From positions 145,283 to 209,282 of IMG/VR virus record IMGVR_UViG_3300036944_001289: a stretch of 64,000 nt of DNA; one strand, written 5' to 3'. How positions within the stretch are numbered: the first letter of the stretch is position 1; the number at the start of each line of letters is the position of its first letter. Both the position numbers and the translations under genes were made by a program. Positions 57,163 to 64,000 of the stretch are shown here, in pieces. The notes below the pieces were generated by a model. It had not been told where the DNA came from. It made no database searches and saw only the letters and a list, made by a program, of their open reading frames with translations.

Positions 57163-57221
57163 ATCAATAACGATGTTCAACCTAATCTTTAGTTAGATGT
57201 AAACATCTTTCATCACCATAA

Positions 57222-57833
57222 TTAGTCCTGTGTTAAAGCTGTATTTTGTGGATTTATATTAGAGCTCTCTGCATGCCATGTGATTGGGCTCATTACTTTA
57301 TAATTTATTTCCTTTGGCTTAACAAAAGAGAAGTCACGCCAAACAATTCTATTATTAGGTTGAGCTGCTATTTGACCAGATCCATCTCTAAGTAATAGTA
57401 CGTGATAACATTTATGTTCTGGCGGATATTGACTGAAGCCATTATCGGTATGGTCTAAAGTAAACCAGTACTGACCTTCTACAGGATTACCTTTACGCTG
57501 CTTATAAGTGCAGCACATCTCACGTATATATTCATACTGTACAGTAGAGAAGTCCCATCCGTGATTGTCCCACATCTGTAACTCATGCAGCTCATGAACT
57601 ACTTTACTCTTAGGTAGCTCCCATCTAAGCATATGTATAGGTATACGAGCCCATTGTGCACCACTCTCACACAATATGCTAAAATGTAGACATCTGCTTG
57701 GTATAGATGTAACACCAAAAATAACGCAAGGTTCATATTGTCCTTTATAAGAAGCATCCATACCATATAGAATTTGTTTATCTACAAATCCGTATAGATG
57801 CTGAGGTATTGAAGCGTTTAAACAGTTATGCAT
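57222..57833 (-). CDS. Hypothetical phage protein
   Basis: LNA.IP; GA.WAR.PI; FT.D; EHK; G.IAAQPNNR. Confidence 0.65.
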   Translation of the reverse strand: MHNCLNASIPQHLYGFVDKQILYGMDASYKGQYEPCVIFGVTSIPSRCLHFSILCESGAQWARIPIHMLRWELPKSKVVHELHELQMWDNHGWDFSTVQYEYIREMCCTYKQRKGNPVEGQYWFTLDHTDNGFSQYPPEHKCYHVLLLRDGSGQIAAQPNNRIVWRDFSFVKPKEINYKVMSPITWHAESSNINPQNTALTQD

Positions 57834-58063
57834 TATCTATAGGTTATCCAATCTTTAATTAGCTGTATACTAAAATCAATAGCTTCTTCGTCGGTTAGTG
57901 TATCTTTTTCATATACACGTTTAATTTCTGCCTTAAGATCTCGAAATGTATTACCATCAATCTCGATACTAACTGGCCATTCTACTGTTTCTTCAAAAGC
58001 TTTTTCAGCTTGTTTTTCTATCTCTGGGGGTGTTTCTAACTGAGTAGTTTCGGTGGGAGACAT
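57833..58063 (-). CDS. Hypothetical late protein
   Basis: TAAATA upstream. Confidence 0.5.
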   Translation of the reverse strand: MSPTETTQLETPPEIEKQAEKAFEETVEWPVSIEIDGNTFRDLKAEIKRVYEKDTLTDEEAIDFSIQLIKDWITYR

Positions 58064-58211
58064 ATAAATTATTTAGCTTGAAGACAGAGGCCAATATTGC
58101 TTATTACAAAGCCAATAAATACAAGGAAGGTAGTCTTATCACCCTTGTATAAGGAGGCAGCAGCAACACATAGCTGTATTGTAGCGATTAAAATTATTAG
58201 CTTACTGCTCA

Positions 58212-58433
58212 TTAAATTACGCCTAGACCTTCAAACTTTAAAATGTTATCGTAGATAAACTTTACTAAACGTTGATGGTCTTTAATATTGTATTGTACTC
58301 TTACCATCATTGCTCTCTTATCTTTATCGGTTATATTACTATTACGGATATGTTCTAGTGTGATACTCTGAGCTTTTTCAAAGTCAGGCTCGTTCTGTAC
58401 TTGTTCAGCGATTGAACGTAAGAATGATTTCAT
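58212..58433 (-). CDS. Hypothetical protein
   Basis: ATG 5 nt below promoter 58439-58454. Confidence 0.55.
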   Translation of the reverse strand: MKSFLRSIAEQVQNEPDFEKAQSITLEHIRNSNITDKDKRAMMVRVQYNIKDHQRLVKFIYDNILKFEGLGVI

Positions 58434-59083
58434 AATAGATTGTATTGTTGTTCCTTATACTTTAACATATATAACCAGCCATCACTAAGCCATTTAAGGT
58501 AATCTTCTGCTTTATAAGTATCACCATACCATCCACAAGAGTAAGGATGATGCGCTTCTATAAGCTCAAGACCATTAAGTGTCATTCCAACATCTAGTGT
58601 ACCATTCCAATCCTTTGGTATTTTAATTGGTATCTTTGGAGCAGGTAGCTCTTCTTTACCTAAATACCACCAAGCGGAGATTACCTTCCCTTTAGAGATG
58701 TAATACCTCCACTCATTTTCAAACTCTACGAATTCAGAGCAAAGATGTGGACCAACCTCTACGCTACCATCAGCCATTCTACCTTGATAGCGCTTATAAC
58801 GATCAGCAGGCTTAACATGTATGCCGTTATTGGGCCATTCGTTCTGTACCCATGTATTACGTTTAACTAAAGACTTCGTAAAGTGAGGAAAGTAGTTAGG
58901 CTCAATTTTAAGATCTAAAATAGATTCGATCCAAAGAGCATTACCAAATGGTGTATAGCCTTCTGGAATGCTCTTTGGATCGCTAACTATTACATAAGGT
59001 ATCTTTTGCATAGAGCATGTAGCTACAATCGATACACCATTACGAGTATCTTTAACATCATGCTCTATTGCAAACCCTTTCAT
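58430..59083 (-). CDS. ATP-grasp protein (DUF4343/R2K-like)
   Basis: VKP....K..G; SE.V.F..EWRY; LDVG...G..LIE. Confidence 0.7.
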   Translation of the reverse strand: MKGFAIEHDVKDTRNGVSIVATCSMQKIPYVIVSDPKSIPEGYTPFGNALWIESILDLKIEPNYFPHFTKSLVKRNTWVQNEWPNNGIHVKPADRYKRYQGRMADGSVEVGPHLCSEFVEFENEWRYYISKGKVISAWWYLGKEELPAPKIPIKIPKDWNGTLDVGMTLNGLELIEAHHPYSCGWYGDTYKAEDYLKWLSDGWLYMLKYKEQQYNLL

Positions 59084-59694
59084 TGTACTAAGTTCAGACC
59101 ATATGGTGTTAGATCAACAGTCTTAGATAAGTCAAAGATATTATCATGACTATCGACTGTGTCTAACTCCATCTTAGCTTTAGCAATAGCTTTAACTAGA
59201 TGCGCCTTTTTAGCTTTGCGCAGCATATTTACAGCAATTGCTTCACATTGCTCAAACGATGGTAGTACTTTACCCCAGCGTGCAATGATATGATAGATAT
59301 CATCTGACCATTTATAACCGTTAGACTCACGCCAATTCTTTACGATACCTACTAGGATAGGATCATCGATGCGTGCTTCTGCGGGATACCAAATCTCAAA
59401 CTTGGAGTATAGTCCGCACTCTACAGCTCTGTTTGCAGCTTCTAGTACTCGTACAGGTATAGCATCTACACTATAATCTTCCATAACACACGATTTAGGG
59501 CAAAGAGTCTTATACACAACCATCTCATGTGCGTCCATCACACGGTATGGATTACGTGTAATAGTTTCACCGTTCATGGCCTTTTTCTGACCCTTGAGAC
59601 CGAGCTTTTCAATAAGCTCATTTGCTACTGCATCATTAGCCATTTGAGAGGCTAATGATGTTGAGGTTTCTACTTCAAAAGTTTCGATTTGCAT
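59080..59694 (-). CDS. Hypothetical phage protein
   Basis: LGL.GQ; IP.RVL; DPILVG; IARWG. Confidence 0.6.
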   Translation of the reverse strand: MQIETFEVETSTSLASQMANDAVANELIEKLGLKGQKKAMNGETITRNPYRVMDAHEMVVYKTLCPKSCVMEDYSVDAIPVRVLEAANRAVECGLYSKFEIWYPAEARIDDPILVGIVKNWRESNGYKWSDDIYHIIARWGKVLPSFEQCEAIAVNMLRKAKKAHLVKAIAKAKMELDTVDSHDNIFDLSKTVDLTPYGLNLVQ

Positions 59695-59695
59695 A

Positions 59696-59989
59696 TTAGT
59701 CTACGACTTCAGATTGTTTGAAATAACGAACAGCTCGAGAACGCATCTCAAGAAGTTCACTCTGAACAATGCGAGGAATAACAACCTCGGGCCCAGTACC
59801 GGTATTGGCACGATTAAGAGCAATCATTTTACCCTTATCACGATTAAAACGATCTCCTTTCTTAAGAGCTGTAAAAGACCAACCAATACCAACCTTAGCA
59901 GGATCATTGGTAAGCTTAGTAGCGGCAACAACACCAACATGAGCATTGGTGCGGGGATCGTGAATGTATTTAATAATGGTATTGTTCAT
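59696..59989 (-). CDS. Hypothetical phage protein
   Basis: GWS....D.F....G..IAL.RA; promoter 59999-60014. Confidence 0.6.
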   Translation of the reverse strand: MNNTIIKYIHDPRTNAHVGVVAATKLTNDPAKVGIGWSFTALKKGDRFNRDKGKMIALNRANTGTGPEVVIPRIVQSELLEMRSRAVRYFKQSEVVD

Positions 59990-60045
59990 AGCGAGTTGAT
60001 TTTATTTTTGTTCCGGTTGTTGATTTTATTCTACTGAAAAATTCG

Positions 60046-60354
60046 TTACTTATCGTAATTTGAATACACTGTGCAGGTTTGCACATCTCCATCAATAGTC
60101 TTACCTACCACAGTAACACTAGATGGTTCTGGTTTGATATCATTATAACTAATTTTAGCAGCAGGTTCTACTTTAAAGGTAGGGGTAGTAGCAGGTTCTT
60201 TCTTCTTTGCACCTTTTGCAGTGTAATTTTTAAGAAAGCTCTCTAGTGATCCGTGCTTAGTTATAAGCAGATCAATGTAAGGACGATGATAAAGCTTTTG
60301 CTTACGTCCCGATATATTACAAGTGACAATCAGAGGTGTGTTATATTCGTTCAC
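60046..60354 (-). CDS. Hypothetical protein (paralogue of 7133)
   Basis: GTG 5 nt below promoter 60360-60375. Confidence 0.55.
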   Translation of the reverse strand: MNEYNTPLIVTCNISGRKQKLYHRPYIDLLITKHGSLESFLKNYTAKGAKKKEPATTPTFKVEPAAKISYNDIKPEPSSVTVVGKTIDGDVQTCTVYSNYDK

Positions 60355-60380
60355 ACCTTATTGTATGGTTGTTCCGGGTG

Positions 60381-60635
60381 TTACTTCTTTTTGATAGAAG
60401 GTTTGCGGCCTTTTTTCTTGGTTAGTACTACAGGCTCTAGAAGAACAGTTGTAGTTACTTCTTTATCAAGATATTTTTTAGGTAGCTTTTGATCTTGAGC
60501 CTTCTTTAGGATAGGGTCAAGCTGAATAGTTGTATTGATATTCTTATCATTATTGTATGAATAGAAATAAGTCTCTTGCTTTTGAGTAGTAAATAATGAT
60601 TTGAATAATTTGATAATAGATTTAATAATGGCCAT
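60381..60635 (-). CDS. Hypothetical basic late protein
   Basis: TAAATA upstream; KKKGRKP. Confidence 0.5.
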   Translation of the reverse strand: MAIIKSIIKLFKSLFTTQKQETYFYSYNNDKNINTTIQLDPILKKAQDQKLPKKYLDKEVTTTVLLEPVVLTKKKGRKPSIKKK

Positions 60636-60644
60636 ATAGTATAT

Positions 60645-61121
60645 TTATTTATTTTTATTTTGTTCCCAAGGAGTGTAACTATTTGCTGCGGCTTCTTCAG
60701 GGCATAATACCTTAACCCAACCACCTCTTATATGTAGTTTACCAGGCTTACCAGTCTTTTCGCAAGTAATTAGTGACATATAGTGAGCCATTTGCTCACA
60801 GCCAAAAAGAAATTGTTTAGCTTTATCTACGTGTTTAATGTATTGATTTATATCAATATCATGTAGCTTAGTCCATTTATCATCGTAAGATAAATTGTAA
60901 TGTATTCTAATAGTACCAAATTTTTGCTTTACGCTAGTGAGCTCGATATTTGGCATATCGAGCGTTACACTTTCTTTAACATAAAAGCGTGTAGATTTTG
61001 TTGCTAAACAAAAAGCATGAACGATTTGATACCATCCATCTCCACACTGACAGCCATACTCAAGATTTGCAAATAGCTCTGGAAACTCTTCCTTTAACTT
61101 ATTATACACTTCAGGTGTCAT
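60645..61121 (-). CDS. Hypothetical phage protein
   Basis: CGDGWY; K.KFG..R; TCE..G.PG...GW...LC. Confidence 0.65.
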   Translation of the reverse strand: MTPEVYNKLKEEFPELFANLEYGCQCGDGWYQIVHAFCLATKSTRFYVKESVTLDMPNIELTSVKQKFGTIRIHYNLSYDDKWTKLHDIDINQYIKHVDKAKQFLFGCEQMAHYMSLITCEKTGKPGKLHIRGGWVKVLCPEEAAANSYTPWEQNKNK

Positions 61122-61122
61122 A

Positions 61123-61674
61123 TTACTTACACATTAGGTTAAAACCTTCTTCGATCTTACTGACAAGATCATTTATTACATTCTCTGTTAACTCGTCTTT
61201 ATAATGACCATAATAGTCTTTAATCTTTACATAGTGAGCTTTACCAAATGTTTGTAAATAACTTATCTTATCACGTGCGTTAGTAAAACCTGGATGCTGA
61301 TTATCTACAAGAACAGAGTAACAAGGCTCATCAGTAAACTTATGAGATCTTGGTGTTTTCATATATAATGCATGCCATAGATCTCTACCAATAATTTGAT
61401 TCTGAGTAAAACCTAGATTGAATGCATCATTCATCCCTTGACCATACTCTGATGTAGCTGCAGTGAGCATATATACATTTGGATATAATCGCCTCAAAGT
61501 TTTAAGAAACTCGTGCGCATTTGGGCGAAGTCTTACCCCATAGCTTTCAGTTGGTTGCATATCCCAACCTCCGGCATCTAGAGTAAAATCTACACGCACT
61601 CTATCCTTACCGAAGTTATTCCATTCAGCATGGATTAGCGTTTCATCTAAATCTAAAAATAAGAACTTATTCAT
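61123..61674 (-). CDS. HAD-superfamily phosphatase (FCP1/NIF-like)
   Basis: LDLDETLIH; RP....FL; TAA; LVDN. Confidence 0.8.
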   Translation of the reverse strand: MNKFLFLDLDETLIHAEWNNFGKDRVRVDFTLDAGGWDMQPTESYGVRLRPNAHEFLKTLRRLYPNVYMLTAATSEYGQGMNDAFNLGFTQNQIIGRDLWHALYMKTPRSHKFTDEPCYSVLVDNQHPGFTNARDKISYLQTFGKAHYVKIKDYYGHYKDELTENVINDLVSKIEEGFNLMCK

Positions 61675-61799
61675 TTGTGTTTACTGTTTTGGCTATCTCT
61701 TCCAAAAGGGTTTGTTTTTCTTCAAATTCTTCTGGTAGAAGCATATAAAAGTCTATGGCTTTTTCTAGAGAGCTCATAAATCTATTTTGTTTTTGTTCC

Positions 61800-62264
61800 T
61801 TAATGTAAAGGTGTGAGATGTTGCTCTGAAACGACGTAACAATCAGCGAATCTTTCATCTTCAAGCATGTTTAAAGTAAAATTTTCTAGTGTTATTGCTC
61901 CTACTAATAATATTTTGCTAATATTCTTAGCATCTACTGCAGCTAATACTAGTTGTTTAATACCTATCTTTTTATATTTCTCTAAGTCTTTCTTAGATAC
62001 TTTTAAAAGTTTATTAGGACCAGTCCAAGTCACCGTTTTAACTTGCGTGTTATCTGGAAAATCTATACCACCGTCACCTTTTACTGATTCGTATATCGTT
62101 AGATCCATTGGAAGGCCTGAGTATTTACTATAGGCCATTTCACCAAGATTACCGACTATAAAATTTTCTAGATTGATCTTCTGTTTGGAAGCGTGTGAAT
62201 ACTTCTTTTTAAATGCGTTAGATAAACAGATATTAAGTTCTTCCGCAGTTAAGATAAACTCCAT
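61800..62264 (-). CDS. PD-(D/E)xK-like nuclease
   Basis: G.LGE.A; DGGIDF; QVKT; TATAAATA promoter. Confidence 0.5.
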   Translation of the reverse strand: MEFILTAEELNICLSNAFKKKYSHASKQKINLENFIVGNLGEMAYSKYSGLPMDLTIYESVKGDGGIDFPDNTQVKTVTWTGPNKLLKVSKKDLEKYKKIGIKQLVLAAVDAKNISKILLVGAITLENFTLNMLEDERFADCYVVSEQHLTPLH

Positions 62265-62463
62265 CTACTATATTTATAGCAGATGGAATTGATTTTTCAA
62301 GTATTAATTTCTCTTTCTAAGATAATTATCATAGATGAATAATTGATAGATGATTGATTAAAAGCGCACATATGCTTTACACTCCATCCATCTAACAGAT
62401 AGTCATTAATTGCTGATAAGTTGGTTGTACTTTCAATTTTAATCGCTTTTTCTTCTGTCGTTT

Positions 62464-63474
62464 TCATTTATTAGAATCGTAGTATTTGTTAATGACCTTA
62501 AATGATCGAATATCGGGATGATTCTCTACATTGATGACAACACCTTCAAAAGGTGTACCATTGATATCTTTAAGTTCTTCATCATACTTTTGAATTAGCT
62601 CTGGAGAAAGAACTACGTCTTGCTCAAGGAAAGGTACAGTTGGAATACCAAGTTCATTAGCAACATTGAGGAAGTAGAACTGTTCACCTTTACGAGTATA
62701 TCTATGTTCATCAATCAGATAGATTGAGAATATAGCAAGGTCTTTATTCTTAGTTGAGTGAGGATTGAGTTTGAAAGCTTGAATACCTTGACCGTAGGAC
62801 TCTCCACGGATAGCAATAGATACATTATGTTTTAAAGCATATCTGGTTAGCTTCTCAAGTATACTATATTTCTTGTTAAGAAGTGTATAGTTATTAGTAA
62901 TATCATCTTTGAATTCTAGAGTACGACCACAGATACCAGTTTTGATAGACTTATCATGGTCAAACTTAACATAGGCGGTCCAAGACTGCCCATCAATCTT
63001 TAGAGTAACATCAACCTTACTACCATAAGGTACAGAGATGTTCTGGTACCGCTCTTCGTCTGTCTTAGGTATTCCATAAGGAAGGAGACCCTTAGCTGAA
63101 AGATCAGCAGGAACAGGCGGTTCGTATTTGATGACACCAATGTAGGCGGAAATCTCCAGACCCTCGGAAGGAATCACTGGGTAGGTCTGAGCATTATCTC
63201 CAAAGATGTTCTCGATGGGTTCCACAATACCCATGGACCACTCACCGCGAAGCTTTACAGCTTTTACACGAGATGACTTCGACTTATAGAAGGCGGCCCA
63301 CGCAGTGTTGTCAGGTAGAACAGTGTCGGGCTGAATAAAGACAATCAGGTCATCAACCTTGTATTGGTCACGCTTGACAATTGACTTGTAGCCCAGAACG
63401 CCTACAATATCGAGAGCATCGGCATTGGGATGTTTAGTGGCAGTGTGAATCTTTTCAATGGAAGCTAGTTTCAT
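62464..63474 (-). CDS. RNA ligase (DRB0094/Rnl family with N-terminal OB-like domain)
   Basis: HPNADAL; LRG..S.G; PKTDEER.QN; KIDG; GE..G.GIQ; EGVV; FKVI. Confidence 0.88.
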   Translation of the reverse strand: MKLASIEKIHTATKHPNADALDIVGVLGYKSIVKRDQYKVDDLIVFIQPDTVLPDNTAWAAFYKSKSSRVKAVKLRGEWSMGIVEPIENIFGDNAQTYPVIPSEGLEISAYIGVIKYEPPVPADLSAKGLLPYGIPKTDEERYQNISVPYGSKVDVTLKIDGQSWTAYVKFDHDKSIKTGICGRTLEFKDDITNNYTLLNKKYSILEKLTRYALKHNVSIAIRGESYGQGIQAFKLNPHSTKNKDLAIFSIYLIDEHRYTRKGEQFYFLNVANELGIPTVPFLEQDVVLSPELIQKYDEELKDINGTPFEGVVINVENHPDIRSFKVINKYYDSNK

Positions 63475-63636
63475 AACATTATAAGAAAATAAATTGCAAG
63501 GATTATAAGCGGGATGATTAAAGGAATCTTTATCACTGTAGGTTTTCTCCGAATCTTATTTTTCTTGATTCTTGGAGAATACTTGAGAGTGTCGGTAATA
63601 TGAAGACTTCTACGACCCGGTGAATGATTCATCTTA

Positions 63637-64000
63637 TTAAGCTTTTTTCCATTCTACAACAGTTGTTTTAACATATCTCTGACCGTTCATTTTAACCTCT
63701 GTAATTTCTTCGGGTAGATTTGATAATTCAGGAGGGAGTTCATCTTTATTTTTACCGGAGACCTTGGCATTATCACAGACAAAGGCATTACCACAGACCA
63801 AGGCATTACCACAGACCACGGCATTACCATAGACCTCGGCATTACCACAGACCTTGGCATTACCATAGACCATGGCATTACCACAGACCCCGGCATAACC
63901 AGAGACCCAGGCTTTACCATAGACCTCGGCATTACCACAGACCTTGGCATTACCATAGACCATGGCATTACCAGAGACCCTGGCATTATCACAGACCAAG
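63637..64000 (-). CDS. Hexapeptide-repeat (left-handed beta-helix) protein, 5' truncated
   Basis: V.GNA. repeats encoded by 18-bp tandem units. Confidence 0.8.
   Translation of the reverse strand, partial: LVCDNARVSGNAMVYGNAKVCGNAEVYGKAWVSGYAGVCGNAMVYGNAKVCGNAEVYGNAVVCGNALVCGNAFVCDNAKVSGKNKDELPPELSNLPEEITEVKMNGQRYVKTTVVEWKKA

Noticed and set aside
1316-62133. Antisense or overlapping ORFs in the track (e.g. 1316, 4447, 8032, 14112, 27531, 27993, 38548, 39044, 46759, 48741, 59714, 61867)
   Set aside because: Shadows of well-supported genes or repeats, without promoters or recognisable motifs
1-64000. Stop-codon reassignment
   Set aside because: Core genes translate full length in the standard code and no suppressor tRNA was seen

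Overview
AT-rich 64-kb segment of a large T4-like (Tevenvirinae-related, divergent) myophage genome. 0-18.5 kb: glycosyl/methyltransferases, DUF366, clamp-loader gp62, GroES, DinG helicase, SleB hydrolase, nrdB-nrdA, gp5-like hub and a 7-deazaguanine module (TGT/DpdA-like, P-loop kinase, QueF). 18.6-30.7 kb: head and neck genes (gp23, gp22, gp21, gp4, gp13, gp20), a repeat fibre and a gp15 that apparently starts at ATT. 30.7-38 kb: late genes with T4-internal-protein-like leaders, including five HRxDGPA-repeat paralogues. 38-40 kb: iteron-rich, origin-like non-coding region. 40-64 kb: small minus-strand ORFs driven by a recurrent GGAAC-N5-TAnnAT promoter, three tRNAs, an array of tRNA-associated structured RNAs including a tRNA mimic, a split tRNA around an endonuclease, an integron attC cassette, a GIY-YIG endonuclease and an RNA ligase. 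All calls come from reading motifs by eye; no searches were run.
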